From an uncultured virus (IMG/VR IMGVR_UViG_3300032286_001748) (taxonomy: Duplodnaviria; Heunggongvirae; Uroviricota; Caudoviricetes): DNA of 64,000 bases. The position numbers were made by a program, and so were the translations under genes. The notes under the pieces were generated by a model. The model was not told the origin of the DNA and did no database searches. It saw only the letters and a program-made list of their open reading frames with translations. Positions 1 to 9,840 of the stretch are shown here, piece after piece (the first letter of the stretch is position 1; every line of letters begins with the position of its first letter). The stretch is from IMG/VR virus record IMGVR_UViG_3300032286_001748; one strand, given 5' to 3'.

Positions 1-354
1 CACGTCGTGCGGCGCGACCTCCGCGAGCACCGCGATCATCACGCGCGCAAGGACGCGCCGCCACCCCGCGCCGTCCAGCGTCTCCGCACCACGCCGCACG
101 ACGGCAGCGTAGCGGCGGACCATCGCGGGCCATGCCGACGCACTGCCGTTGTCATCGAGGCTGGGCGTCATGTGGGCGAGCCACCTCGGGATCACGTCGG
201 CCGGGCACCGGGACACGACGCCCTCCGCTCCGACCTCGGGGGCGAGGGCGAGCAGGAGACACGCGCGCTCCTGCCCGTCACCCCACTCGTTGCGGACGAG
301 GCGGCCCTGCTCGATGAAGCAGTCCAGTCGGTCGAAACGCTCGTTGAGATTCAC
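1..354 (-). CDS. hypothetical phage protein, runs off window start
   Basis: GTG at 354 overlaps the stop of the upstream gene (GTGA); frame stays open to base 1 (VNLNERFDRLDCF...). Confidence 0.6.
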   Translation of the reverse strand, partial: MNLNERFDRLDCFIEQGRLVRNEWGDGQERACLLLALAPEVGAEGVVSRCPADVIPRWLAHMTPSLDDNGSASAWPAMVRRYAAVVRRGAETLDGAGWRRVLARVMIAVLAEVAPHDV

Positions 355-710
355 TTTTCCTCCTCGCGGCGGTGCGCGCCGCGCTCAATGGCCTCTGCAC
401 ACTCGAGGAACGTCGCCGCCCGAACGGGCAGGTGCATCTCCATCGCCGCGTCAACCTCGCCGCCCAGCCACGCCACCACGGCAGCACGCTCGCCCCGGAG
501 CGCCACCACCTCGGCCTCCACCCGGTCGGCGTAGCTGCGGGCGGCCTCTCGACCCGTTCGCAATAGGTAGACCTCGGCGCGCAGCCGCTCGATCTCCGCC
601 AGCAGCGCCTTCGCCTCCGACGGGTAGACGCTCCACGCGTGCCCTCCCTCGACGGCCTGGCCGAGGGCGGTGACGATAGACGCGAGGTGTGCTTCGTCGC
701 TGCGGTTCAC
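351..710 (-). CDS. hypothetical protein, ERAAVVAWL...IERGxHRREE paralog family
   Basis: GTG at 710 (GTGA overlap); C-terminus ERAAVVAWL..AIERGAHRREEEK shared with several ORFs at 55.6-57.7 kb. Confidence 0.7.
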   Translation of the reverse strand: MNRSDEAHLASIVTALGQAVEGGHAWSVYPSEAKALLAEIERLRAEVYLLRTGREAARSYADRVEAEVVALRGERAAVVAWLGGEVDAAMEMHLPVRAATFLECAEAIERGAHRREEEK

Positions 711-970
711 GGCTTCCCCCAGATGTCGATCTTCCCCACGACGTGGTGGGTAGTGTCCACCTCGTCGGTCTCGGCATCGACGTAGAAGTTTGTCTCCCCC
801 TTGGGGCACTCGGCACGCAGCTTCCAGAGTGCGGCCTTGACGCTCCACGGGCTCTCCCCGATGGCCTCGCTCCGCGCCTCGCACCGCGAGCACACGGCGA
901 TGACCCCGTCGACAAGGGGCGCGTAGTCGCCGCGCACGCGATCCGCGTACACCTCGCACCTCACACGCAT
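707..970 (-). CDS. small Cys-containing hypothetical protein
   Basis: ATG at 970; CSRC and ECP motifs; overlaps neighbours. Confidence 0.55.
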   Translation of the reverse strand: MRVRCEVYADRVRGDYAPLVDGVIAVCSRCEARSEAIGESPWSVKAALWKLRAECPKGETNFYVDAETDEVDTTHHVVGKIDIWGKP

Positions 971-1488
971 GCTGCACCGCGCGCGGCCCGAACGGCCTCC
1001 ATGTCGCCCGGCTCCAGCGGCCGGGCCGTCGCGACGTGCGGCAGATAGGCGCAGCCGTTCTCTGCGGCCCATGCGCGCGCCTCGGCCTCCATCTCCGCGC
1101 CGACCACGGTCCCGACGCGTCGATCGCCCTTGACCCACGCCCGGCGCCACGTCCAGGCTTTGTCGTTGATCCGCATCTTCGGGCGGAAGCTGCACAGCGC
1201 CCACCAGATCTTCGGGCGTCCGCCTGCGTTTGTCGAGGCCACGCGGGTCCAGTTCGCGGCCAGGGGCGGGACGACGTAGGGCGCGTCCTCGCAGACCCAA
1301 CGACACAGTGTAGGGTCGACGCCCGCGGCGCGCACCGCCTCTTCCAGCGCGCGCAGCGAGGCGGGCCGTTCCATCGTGCGGCTCGACACGCGCACGACGA
1401 ACAGCTCGGGCCACCAGAGCGCGCTCGCGGAGCGCGGCACGACCAGCGCCTTCGGGAGCTGGGTCGGATCGGGGGGGGTAAAGCTCAC
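961..1488 (-). CDS. hypothetical protein
   Basis: GTG at 1488 coupled to upstream stop; protein-like composition (VSFTPPDPTQLPKAL...). Confidence 0.55.
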   Translation of the reverse strand: MSFTPPDPTQLPKALVVPRSASALWWPELFVVRVSSRTMERPASLRALEEAVRAAGVDPTLCRWVCEDAPYVVPPLAANWTRVASTNAGGRPKIWWALCSFRPKMRINDKAWTWRRAWVKGDRRVGTVVGAEMEAEARAWAAENGCAYLPHVATARPLEPGDMEAVRAARGAACV

Positions 1489-2285
1489 AGCGTCACCACC
1501 CCTTCGGACACGGTCACGCGCTTCCAGCGGAAGCCGGTGGGCGTGAGGATCAGCTCGGTGATCCCTGTCTCGGACAGGTAGCTCATCACCTCGAGCAGGT
1601 GTTCGCCCATCTGCTCGGGAATCCAGGTGGGGAAGACGCTCTGATCGATGCTGCGGCGAGGGGGGAGGGGGATGTTGGGCTCGTTCATGGGGGGCTCCAC
1701 GGGTTCGGGGGTCGGATCGACGGGCGCGTGACAGGGCACCGCCTCGGGGGGGAGGGAAGGGGGAGGGGCATCGGAAGCGCGCGTCTTGACGCTCGTGCGC
1801 CGCCACTTGCTCACGGTAGGCTGGGAGACGCCGTGCGCGGCCGCGAACGCCTTCTGCGTCCCCGTCCAGGCTTGCGCCTGCGCGATCAAGGCCTCCCGCT
1901 CCTCCGGCGTGAAGGTGCGGGGCTCGGTCGGCCGGATCTCGACGGTGGGCACCACCAAGTCGGTGGGGGAGCGCGTATACGCACGCGTCAGCGCGGTCGC
2001 GCACGCGGCGTCGAAGATCTCCCCTGCTTGGATCTCCACGAGCCTGCGCCGGATCCCCGCCAGCCCGTCCTCGACGATGAGCGGCTTCCCGGTGCGCTTT
2101 GCCCAGTCGCGGGCGACCTTGCTTCCGTGGTGGGAACAGGACGCGATGCGGCACACGATCGCGTCGAGCGTGTCGGTGAGGCGCTCGCCACCTGCGCCTG
2201 CGAACACGACGATGTGCCCGTCCATCTCCAGGCCCTTCGCGTGGGCCTTGCAGTGGTCGGGCTTCGATACGATCCCGATATTCAT
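1485..2285 (-). CDS. DUF2325-like domain plus HTH protein
   Basis: LDAIVCRIASCSHHGSKVARDWAKRTGKPLI resembles DUF2325; TQKAFAAAHGVSQPTVSKWRR is an HTH. Confidence 0.6.
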   Translation of the reverse strand: MNIGIVSKPDHCKAHAKGLEMDGHIVVFAGAGGERLTDTLDAIVCRIASCSHHGSKVARDWAKRTGKPLIVEDGLAGIRRRLVEIQAGEIFDAACATALTRAYTRSPTDLVVPTVEIRPTEPRTFTPEEREALIAQAQAWTGTQKAFAAAHGVSQPTVSKWRRTSVKTRASDAPPPSLPPEAVPCHAPVDPTPEPVEPPMNEPNIPLPPRRSIDQSVFPTWIPEQMGEHLLEVMSYLSETGITELILTPTGFRWKRVTVSEGVVTL

Positions 2286-2450
2286 GGGCACACGTCGGGC
2301 TGGACGATGCCGTCCCACGCGCTCTCGCAGGACGAAGGCGCGAGCCAAGAGAGCACGGCCAGCGTGAGCGCAGCGCCGCCGACGATCGCGGCGACGACGG
2401 GGAACCAAAAGTCGAGGAGGCGGGACACGCGGACTCCGAGGATGTCCCGC

Positions 2451-2479
2451 CTTCTACCCAGTCACCTGTCTCTTGACAA
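2451..2479 (-). promoter_or_regulatory. putative promoter, recurrent motif
   Basis: TTGTCA-ag-AGACAGG...17 nt...TAGAAG upstream of the leftward operon. Confidence 0.5.
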
Positions 2480-2558
2480 CCTCTCCCCCCACCCAAACCG
2501 GGAGTCCACTTCTGGAAACCGGCGTTCCAGCAGGATCTTGTCGATTGTCAAGTTTTTG

Positions 2559-3023
2559 TCAAGTCCCTTCTGCCCACTTCCGGGCCGATGCGAGGGTGGT
2601 CACACGCGGAAAGCCGGGGATCACCCGTACGCGCCGACGCGCCTCCTCGTGGGAGACCCGGCTGATGCGCCGGAGCAGGGCGTAGGCGGCAGACGCGCTC
2701 CGGGAGAGTCCGGCCTGGCAGTGGAGGAGCACGGGCCCGCGTTTCCGGGCGGCCTGCACGGCCTTCGCCATGCGGTCGAGCGCGCCCTCGGGGAACACGT
2801 CCCCGTCGAGGAAGGGGATCGAGAGCAGCCTCTTCGCGGTGTCGCGCACCCGGCTCGGGTACTGCGCGCTCGAGCCGTACCAGTCCACGACCAGCTCCCA
2901 CTTTTTCCCCTCGGGCGGGTGCTTCGTCGCGTACTCGGCGCCGACGTACAGGTTCGGCGCGACCTCGCGCAGGTTGATGTTCTCGTCGCGCGCGATCCAG
3001 CGCGGCCATTTCGTCTCGGTCAT
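2559..3023 (-). CDS. dual-specificity protein phosphatase
   Basis: EVAPNLYVG and catalytic VLLHCQAGLSRS (HCxxGxxR). Confidence 0.88.
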   Translation of the reverse strand: MTETKWPRWIARDENINLREVAPNLYVGAEYATKHPPEGKKWELVVDWYGSSAQYPSRVRDTAKRLLSIPFLDGDVFPEGALDRMAKAVQAARKRGPVLLHCQAGLSRSASAAYALLRRISRVSHEEARRRVRVIPGFPRVTTLASARKWAEGT

Positions 3024-3610
3024 GCGGGGCCTCGTACAGCGGGCAGGAGGGAGCGCCACGCGTGGGCGCGGGCGTCGTCGTCGGGGAGGCTCAGGTGGAG
3101 CTGGAGTCCGTCTGCGCCCACCCGCTCGATCGCGAACCCTGCGCGTCGGCCGGCGTGCGCCAGGGCTCCTACCTCGTCCTGCGTGAGCCGGCTCACGCCG
3201 AACACGCCGCGCCCGTGGGTGGCGCGCAGCGCGTGTGCGAACGTGCTCCGGTCGGGTGCGACGTAGCGCTCCGAGCGCCAGAGCCGCTCGCGCGTGCCCT
3301 CGCTGTCGCGGAGCCAGAGGCCCTCGCCGCGGACGCACTCAGCGTCGGACTGGAGCGCGTCGAAGACGGCGCGGGCGCCTTCTCGCGTCACCCGATGGCC
3401 GGCGCAACTCGGGAACGTCGTCCAACCGCGCGCATGGGCGCCAGCCACCAGCGCGCGCAGCTCGGGATCGACCGTCTCGGGGCGAACGTGGGCGCGCCCC
3501 GCGAGCGGGCCGCGCCGGGGGCTCGCGTAGAACCAGCGCACCCCCGGCCGGAGAGGCTCCCACCAGCGCCAGGCGCGGAAGGAGCGATACGGGACGGGGA
3601 GGGCGTACAT
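3020..3610 (-). CDS. hypothetical protein with TxxSCxGH motif
   Basis: VDPELRALV...GWTTFPSCAGH; RBS GGAGG before ATG 3610. Confidence 0.55.
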   Translation of the reverse strand: MYALPVPYRSFRAWRWWEPLRPGVRWFYASPRRGPLAGRAHVRPETVDPELRALVAGAHARGWTTFPSCAGHRVTREGARAVFDALQSDAECVRGEGLWLRDSEGTRERLWRSERYVAPDRSTFAHALRATHGRGVFGVSRLTQDEVGALAHAGRRAGFAIERVGADGLQLHLSLPDDDARAHAWRSLLPAVRGPA

Positions 3611-3623
3611 CCTCCCCCGCCTA

Positions 3624-4223
3624 TCACGCCTCGTCGTTGTCGCTGGCGTCGTCCTGCGCGTCCTTGTCCGAGAGGGGGGAGATCTTCCCAGACGGGTGGA
3701 TGCGGAACGAGGCGTTGAACCAGGCGCGCTCCCCGGTGACGTCCCGGTCGAGGTGCGCCTGCTCGTCCAGCGCGTCCCGCTCCGCATCGCGGTAGGCGGC
3801 ATCCTCCTCTTCGAGTTCGCTCTGGTAGACCGCATCCTCCTCGTCGAGTGCGCGCTCGACGGCTTCACGCAGCTCGGTCGCGGTGTGCCGGTGGGCCCGC
3901 GCCTCCTCGATCTTCACGAGCGCGTCGAGGGCCTTCTCGCCCAGGGTGATCACCATGGCGACCCCCTGCTCGATCTGAAGACGGAGCTGGTTCGCGGTGG
4001 CCTCGGGGCCGAGGTGCTCGTAGAGCGGCATGAGGGCGCCGAACTGGGCCGTGATCGAGGCTCGGATCTGGTCTCCGATCTGAGCCACGCTCTCGAGGTG
4101 GTGCCGGTGATCGGCCGCGCGGTGCTCCATCGCCTGGGCGTGGCTCAGCTTCGTGTGCTCCATCGCGAGGGCGTGGGTCAGCTTCATCCGTTCTACGTCT
4201 TGCTCAAAGTCACTCTTCTTCAT
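3624..4223 (-). CDS. hypothetical coiled-coil/acidic protein
   Basis: ATG 4223 with AGGAG RBS; MKKSDFEQDVERMK. Confidence 0.6.
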   Translation of the reverse strand: MKKSDFEQDVERMKLTHALAMEHTKLSHAQAMEHRAADHRHHLESVAQIGDQIRASITAQFGALMPLYEHLGPEATANQLRLQIEQGVAMVITLGEKALDALVKIEEARAHRHTATELREAVERALDEEDAVYQSELEEEDAAYRDAERDALDEQAHLDRDVTGERAWFNASFRIHPSGKISPLSDKDAQDDASDNDEA

Positions 4224-4299
4224 GGCTCTCCTGTGGGGGAGGCTTGGGTATCCCTGTCCCGTTTGTTGCGCCAGCGTATGCGTGGGGATAGTCGGCGGT

Positions 4300-4497
4300 A
4301 TGCACTCGTACCCTCTCCGTGACGCGCTCGTCGATGTGCTCGACCGGTACGACCGTGCGTCCCCGGACGAGGTCACCGACGCGCTGCTTGCTATCCTCTG
4401 CGCCCACGTCGTCGCGGAGGGTCTCGATCCGGTGCGCCTCCTCCAGCGGGTACATGCCTCGATCGTCGCGCTCGCCTCCACTGCGGAGCCTTCCTGA
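4300..4497 (+). CDS. small hypothetical protein
   Basis: ATG 4300; TGATG overlap with the next gene. Confidence 0.45.
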   Translation: MHSYPLRDALVDVLDRYDRASPDEVTDALLAILCAHVVAEGLDPVRLLQRVHASIVALASTAEPS

Positions 4498-4832
4498 TGG
4501 CGCCCGTTCGCGTGATCCGCGACCAGCTCGGCTACACCCAGGCGCGCCTCTCCGCGCTCCTCGGCGTGCATGCGTTGACCGTCTCGCGTTGGGAGCGCGG
4601 CGCGCTCTTCCCGACGCCCGAGGGTCTGCGGCTCCTGCACGCGGTCGAGCGGGCCCTCGTCCTCGACCCCACGCTGCCGACGCGGCTGCGCCAGATCGGG
4701 TCGGACCCGATCCGCGAGCTGGCGGCCATCCTCTCGGTGCTCCACCCCGACCTCGCGGCCGAGGCGGTGTGCTCGCGGGCGGACGCGGAGGCCCTCCTGG
4801 CCCGCGCGGCGCGCGCTACGCCGCGGGGGTAG
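4497..4832 (+). CDS. XRE-family HTH regulator
   Basis: IRDQLGYTQARLSALLGVHALTVSRWERG. Confidence 0.85.
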   Translation: MAPVRVIRDQLGYTQARLSALLGVHALTVSRWERGALFPTPEGLRLLHAVERALVLDPTLPTRLRQIGSDPIRELAAILSVLHPDLAAEAVCSRADAEALLARAARATPRG

Positions 4833-5049
4833 CGTCGGCCTCGGCCTCGGGGGGAGTCACCGCCTGCTCGCGCTCGGCCTGCGTCGGCACGCGGACGGCC
4901 GCGTTCTGGAGGGCCGTCGCGAGGAGCTGGGACAGCGGGATCCCGAACTGGCCGAGCTGGATCTCGCTGCCCGGTTCGGCCGTGTACGCGTAGGCGAAGG
5001 TGCCGTCCGCGAGGAGCTGGAGCGTGAGCGTGCAGATCGGGGTAGACAT
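4816..5049 (-). CDS. small hypothetical protein
   Basis: GGAG RBS; lies downstream of the fibre-like gene. Confidence 0.55.
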   Translation of the reverse strand: MSTPICTLTLQLLADGTFAYAYTAEPGSEIQLGQFGIPLSQLLATALQNAAVRVPTQAEREQAVTPPEAEADATPAA

Positions 5050-5105
5050 GGGGGACTCCGGAGTGGAGCCCCCTGTCTAACCTATGCGGGGGAATAGTCG
5101 AGCGA

Positions 5106-5801
5106 CTACGCGCCCTGACGATACCAGAGCGACGTGGCCGTGACCCAGGTGAAGATCATGGCACGAAGCGCCGGGATGATCGCAGACGCCCCGTCCGCGA
5201 CGTTGGAGGTTGCAGCGGCCGCGAAGGTGATGGAGTTGGCGGAGTCGTTGATGATGTTGATCGTCTGGCCGTCCGCGAGTCCGGCCGTGAGGATCACGCC
5301 CGTCGCCGCACCCCCGGTGGTCACCCGCTTGTTGAAGCCGGTCGTGGGGAGAACGATGGTGTTTCCGTTCGCGATCGTCTGAGCGGCTCCACTGTTCGGG
5401 GAGCGGAACGGCCCCGCGACGTTCACGAGGCCACGGATCCCAAGACCGGTCGGGGTTCCGGGAGTAAGATTGATACTCCCCCCGTTACCGTCCGTCGAAG
5501 CGCCGTTCCCGGCCGTCACATTGACGCTTCCGCCGTTCCCACCCGTCGTGCCCGTCCCACCGTTCCCGGCGGTCACCGACGCGTTCCCGCCGTTCCCGCC
5601 CGTCGCGACACCGTTCGTTCCTGCGGTGGCGATCAGGGCGACGGGGTTCCCCGCCGTCCCGACGCCCGTGGCGCTCGCCGCGGACAGGAAGGGGCCCACG
5701 AACCCGGTGCTGCTGGCAATCGCACCCGTGACGGTGATCGTCCCGTTCACGGTCATGCCGGTGCAGGTGATGGTTCCAGCGAAGATATTGTCGGTTGCCA
5801 T
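5106..5801 (-). CDS. Gly/Thr-rich fibre-like structural protein
   Basis: Repeats of GGNGGxVxVTAGNG; N-terminus NIFAGTI resembles that of the 58352-60562 fibre. Confidence 0.65.
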   Translation of the reverse strand: MATDNIFAGTITCTGMTVNGTITVTGAIASSTGFVGPFLSAASATGVGTAGNPVALIATAGTNGVATGGNGGNASVTAGNGGTGTTGGNGGSVNVTAGNGASTDGNGGSINLTPGTPTGLGIRGLVNVAGPFRSPNSGAAQTIANGNTIVLPTTGFNKRVTTGGAATGVILTAGLADGQTINIINDSANSITFAAAATSNVADGASAIIPALRAMIFTWVTATSLWYRQGA

Positions 5802-5898
5802 GGGAGAGGCTCCAAAGAGGACGCGAGGGTGCGTCCGCCTACGATAATGGGTTCGCCCCCCTCGTCAAGCCCTCTCCCGACATTCCCCGCATCCAAAC

Positions 5899-5934
5899 CT
5901 GTCCCTTGACAACTTCTGTTCTCACGCATAGACC
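5899..5934 (+). promoter_or_regulatory. sigma70-like promoter
   Basis: CTGTCCC then TTGACA (5906-5911), 17 nt, TAGACC (5929-5934); near twin at 49949-49985. Confidence 0.65.
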
Positions 5935-5956
5935 TCCGCACTCACCCGGAGCCCCC

Positions 5957-6577
5957 CTGTCCTCCACCCGCTTCGTCGGCTCGACCGTCACCCGGCTGCG
6001 CCTCACCGCCCCCTACGCCCCGCCCGACCTCACGGGCTCCCTCCGCGAGGGCCTCGAGGCCAACGCCTTCACCGACTACCTCACCCCCACCCAGAAGGGC
6101 CAGCGCACGGGCTTCGCCCGCGCCGACAAGCCGCTGGTCCTCCCCGCCGACTTCCACGACGCCACCCAGTGGCGGGTCGATCCCTACGCGGTCTTCGCGT
6201 TCCGCATCGACGACAAGAAGGTCCCGCCCAAGAAGCTCAAGGCCGCGCTCGACGAGCAGGTGGAGCAGTGGTGCCGCGCGAACCTCCGCGAGCGCTGCCC
6301 GCGGGCCGTGAAGGAGGAACTGAAGGAGCAGGTGGAGCTGGGCTTGCTCCCGCGCTGCCTGCCCACCAGCAAGGTCGTCGGCCTCGTCTGGAACCTCTCG
6401 TCCGACTGGCTCCTCCTCTCGACCCGCTCGGCCCCGCAGATCGAGGCCCTCCGCAAGGCCCTGCACCGGGCCTTTGGGATCTCCACGACGGTCGAGGATC
6501 CCGACGACGCCCTCGACGCGGACACGCTGGAGAAGCTCGGCCAGACCGACCCGCTCGTCCTCGCCCCCACCCGCTAA
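5957..6577 (+). CDS. rdgC: RdgC-like protein, N-terminal half (probable CTG start)
   Basis: FAFRIDDKKVP..LKAAL...KEELKEQVELGLLPRCLP...VWNL; GGAG RBS 5 nt before an in-frame CTG. Confidence 0.7.
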   Translation: MSSTRFVGSTVTRLRLTAPYAPPDLTGSLREGLEANAFTDYLTPTQKGQRTGFARADKPLVLPADFHDATQWRVDPYAVFAFRIDDKKVPPKKLKAALDEQVEQWCRANLRERCPRAVKEELKEQVELGLLPRCLPTSKVVGLVWNLSSDWLLLSTRSAPQIEALRKALHRAFGISTTVEDPDDALDADTLEKLGQTDPLVLAPTR

Positions 6578-6591
6578 CCCCCCGAGGTCCC

Positions 6592-7176
6592 ATGCCCCCC
6601 GAACGCGATCTGCTCCCCCCGATGCCGCCCCATGTGGCGTCCGAGTTCCTGCTCTGGCTCGCTTACCGCGAGGCCCAGGGCAACGACACCTACACGGTCG
6701 ATGACAGCCCCGTCACCGTCTCCTTGCAGGACGACGTCGAGCTGAAGCGCCCCGAGGAGGACGCGCCCAGCGTCGTCCTGCGCGGCCTCGGCTCGTCCGA
6801 GCACCCGGAGCTGCTCGCCAGCCTGCGCGCGGGCCGCGTCCTCTACCGTGCCAAGCTCCGCGTCGGCTGTGCGGAGGACCGTGAGTACCGGCTCACGCTC
6901 ACCGGGCCGACGCTGGAGTGGAGTGGGGTGAAGCTCCCGCGCCTCGTGAAGTCGGGCGACCTCGGGGAGGGCCTGTACGAGGAGCTTTTCCTGTACGAGG
7001 AGCTGCACCGGGTGGTGCGTGCGATCTTCGCCCAGTACGCCGCCCGGAGGGTCGATGAAGACCGCTGGACGCAGGAGGGCACCTCCATCCGGTCTTGGCT
7101 GGGCGAGACCTTCGCCCGCGTGTTCGCGTTCGACCCGACGACCGGGCAGGGCCGGCTCTTCGGGGGTGACGCGTGA
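6592..7176 (+). CDS. RdgC-like protein, C-terminal-half partner
   Basis: SEFLLWL...ELLASLRAGR..AKL...SGVKLP; such split pairs are recalled from deltaproteobacteria. Confidence 0.55.
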   Translation: MPPERDLLPPMPPHVASEFLLWLAYREAQGNDTYTVDDSPVTVSLQDDVELKRPEEDAPSVVLRGLGSSEHPELLASLRAGRVLYRAKLRVGCAEDREYRLTLTGPTLEWSGVKLPRLVKSGDLGEGLYEELFLYEELHRVVRAIFAQYAARRVDEDRWTQEGTSIRSWLGETFARVFAFDPTTGQGRLFGGDA

Positions 7177-7499
7177 GCCTCGAAACGTCCCCCCTGGGTC
7201 GCATGCCCGCGGGGGTGATTTTCCGGTGTGGAGGGAAGCCCGCGCGTCCGCGTTACTCGTTCAAGCCTGCTTTGTGCGAGGCGCTCTGCGTGGTCCCGTT
7301 CGACGGGCTCGGTTCGTTCGAGGCGCTCCACACGGAGCTGAAGACCTCCGGTTGGTCCCTCGCCGTCGCGCAGGTGGGCGGGGGCGCCGCGCCTTCGATG
7401 ACCCCCTCGGGCGCCCTCCACATCCCCGGTGTCCTGGCGGTCGACCCGCTCTGCGCGGCCTGTACGGCGGCCCTCTTGGCGCGCCTGGAGGCCGAATGA
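7173..7499 (+). CDS. hypothetical protein
   Basis: GTGA and ATGA overlaps on both sides. Confidence 0.55.
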   Translation: MSLETSPLGRMPAGVIFRCGGKPARPRYSFKPALCEALCVVPFDGLGSFEALHTELKTSGWSLAVAQVGGGAAPSMTPSGALHIPGVLAVDPLCAACTAALLARLEAE

Positions 7500-8125
7500 G
7501 CCTCCTCGGCCTCGTCGGACGGAAGGGCTCGGGCAAGGACACGGTGGGCGACTACCTCGTCGCGCGCCACGGTTTTGTGCGGGCGGCGTTCGCGGACCCG
7601 GTCAAGTGGGTCGCCCGCGACCTCTGGCCGCACCTCACCGTCGAGCAGTGCTGGGGCCCCATCGAGGTCAAGGAGGCCATGGACACGACGCTCGGCGTCT
7701 CGCCCCGCTGGCTCCTCCAGCGCATCGGCACCGAGGTGGGCCGGAACGGCGACCTCGCGACGTTCGCGGGCCTTGGGGTCTCCCCCGCCCGCATGCAGGA
7801 GGCGCTCGACCGGCACGGGGTCGTCCCCGGTCCCTCCGCGTGGGTGGACGCGCTTTTCCGTGCGACGTTCGCGATCGACGTGGTGATCACCGACGTGCGC
7901 TTCCCGAACGAGGCGGAGTCCGTTCGATCCCGTCACGGGTGGGTCCTGAAGCTCCTCCGGCCAGACTTCGACACGCGCATCGGCAACGACCACCCCTCCG
8001 AGCGGGAGGTGGACGCGTGTACGTTCGACTACCTCGTCCGGAACGATCGCGACGTGCCCGCGCTGCACGCGAAGGTGCGGCGGATCTTCGACGACGTCCG
8101 GCGGTCCGAGATGTGTGCGCGATGA
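7496..8125 (+). CDS. deoxynucleoside monophosphate kinase (phage type)
   Basis: GLVGRKGSGKDT P-loop, FADPVK, PRWLLQRIGTEVGR, ITDVRFPNE. Confidence 0.9.
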   Translation: MSLLGLVGRKGSGKDTVGDYLVARHGFVRAAFADPVKWVARDLWPHLTVEQCWGPIEVKEAMDTTLGVSPRWLLQRIGTEVGRNGDLATFAGLGVSPARMQEALDRHGVVPGPSAWVDALFRATFAIDVVITDVRFPNEAESVRSRHGWVLKLLRPDFDTRIGNDHPSEREVDACTFDYLVRNDRDVPALHAKVRRIFDDVRRSEMCAR

Positions 8126-8439
8126 GGGCGCTCTTTCCGGTCTTCGCTCTCCTTTTTGCGTCCGCTTGCGCGGAGACGCCCGTGTGCGCCTCTCCGTGCG
8201 ACTCCGTGTGGTCCGTGCAGCAGGATCCCGCGTGCTGGTCGACGACGCCGTGCGCCGACTTCGTGTACACCGCGCTGGACCGCTCGACGATGGCCTGTCG
8301 GCCCGATCAGTCCGCGTCGGTGACGTGGGAGCCGGCTCTGACCGGGGCGCGGAACGACGACGAGAGACGGGTCGGTGGGGTGGTTGTCTGCCGCTGCACG
8401 GGCGCCTCGCCATCGGCTCTGGAAGGCCAGACGAGATGA
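8122..8439 (+). CDS. Cys-rich putative lipoprotein
   Basis: MRALFPVFALLFASAC signal with lipobox-like ASAC. Confidence 0.6.
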   Translation: MRALFPVFALLFASACAETPVCASPCDSVWSVQQDPACWSTTPCADFVYTALDRSTMACRPDQSASVTWEPALTGARNDDERRVGGVVVCRCTGASPSALEGQTR

Positions 8440-8590
8440 GAGATCCGATGCGCCTCGAGCTGAATCGGCACCGCGCGGACACGGACGATGCCCCCATCGG
8501 CCGCGCGACCCGACGTGGCCTCAAGGGCAAGGCTCGCACGGCGCTTCGCGCGGAGCAGGCCGAGCAGGCCGAGGCCGACGAGTCCGTGGA

Positions 8591-8908
8591 CTACCGCAAG
8601 CCTTCGCGGTAGCCCGAGAACAGGAGGTAGACGGGGCCGAGCAGGCCGGCGCCGATGGTCGCCGCGGTGCCCGCGCCTCGCTTGTTCGCCTGGAGCGCGG
8701 CCGCGGGGGCCGACAGCAGGTAGACGGTCGCGATGGTGCCGAAGGCGGTCTTGAGCTGGTTTTCGGTCTTCACGACGCGGGCCTGCACGGCCTCGAGGTC
8801 GGCGCGTGCGACGATGACCTGACCGGGCGCCACGAGGCGGGTCAGGTAGTCGGAGGCGCGGCCCTTGCCTTTTTCGAGATCAGCGATGTCCTGAGAGGTC
8901 TTTGCCAT
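8591..8908 (-). CDS. small membrane protein
   Basis: Two hydrophobic segments in the C-terminal half. Confidence 0.55.
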   Translation of the reverse strand: MAKTSQDIADLEKGKGRASDYLTRLVAPGQVIVARADLEAVQARVVKTENQLKTAFGTIATVYLLSAPAAALQANKRGAGTAATIGAGLLGPVYLLFSGYREGLR

Positions 8909-9000
8909 GGGGAGATCCTGGAAGAGTGAGGGTACGCCTACCCCGTGCGGGAGATCTACGCACGTTGACGCGTCCTGCTCTTTCTACTACATGTGAAGCC

Positions 9001-9357
9001 ATGTCGTTTTCCACCCTCGTCGACTTCGCGCTGAAGGCCGGAGTGCCCAGCGCGCTCGGTGTCTTCATCGTCTGGTATCTCCTCTCCAAGTTCATCCCTT
9101 CGCAGCAGGCGCTGTTCCGGTCGGAGATGGAGGCGACCCGCACGACCTTCCGCGATGCGTTGACGAGCGAACAGAAAACGCACTCCGAGCTGATGAACCG
9201 CGTGGTGGACGCGGTGACCAGCGAGGGTCAGCAGACGCGGGCCAGCATCGACCGGCTCAACGTCACCACCCAGAACCTCACCGAGGTCGTCTACCAGATG
9301 TCGGGCAAGGTCATCGCCCTCGACCGCACGGGCAACACCACCGTGAACGGCCGCTGA
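9001..9357 (+). CDS. holin-like protein (N-terminal TM plus coiled coil)
   Basis: GVPSALGVFIVWYLL TM; lies upstream of the endolysin. Confidence 0.55.
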   Translation: MSFSTLVDFALKAGVPSALGVFIVWYLLSKFIPSQQALFRSEMEATRTTFRDALTSEQKTHSELMNRVVDAVTSEGQQTRASIDRLNVTTQNLTEVVYQMSGKVIALDRTGNTTVNGR

Positions 9358-9840
9358 ATGGATCCGGCCCCGACCTCCCTGGAGACCTCCGAGCAGGACG
9401 TAGCGTCTCCCCCTTCTCCCCTTTCCGCTCCTCTGGCAGACGAAGCGCCCGTTGCGCGCTCCACCGAGGAGGCCTCCTTTGCCGTGTCGGAGGCGCCGCC
9501 TGGGCACGACTACCCGTCCCTGTACGACACAAAAGACACGACGATGGTCGCGATCCTGCTGGGGGTGGTGATCATCGTCAGCATCCAGATCGGGGTCGCT
9601 CGGATCTTCAAACTCTACCGCGAGGAGCACCGGGCCTTGACCGCCTTCGCCACCTCGATGGTCGGGATCGTCGTTGGGATCTACGTCTGCGACATGCTCA
9701 TCGCGGGTCCGACCACGGAGCTGCTATCGGACGGCGAGCGGCTCTCCATCCTCAGCTTCGTCAAGGACACGGCGCTGATGGTGTTCGCGTACTATTTTGG
9801 GACGAAGGCTCAAGTCCCGACCGATCTCCCCCGTGAGTGA
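9358..9840 (+). CDS. three-TM membrane protein, possible holin
   Basis: Three hydrophobic helices ending FAYYFG; lysis cassette context. Confidence 0.6.
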   Translation: MDPAPTSLETSEQDVASPPSPLSAPLADEAPVARSTEEASFAVSEAPPGHDYPSLYDTKDTTMVAILLGVVIIVSIQIGVARIFKLYREEHRALTAFATSMVGIVVGIYVCDMLIAGPTTELLSDGERLSILSFVKDTALMVFAYYFGTKAQVPTDLPRE

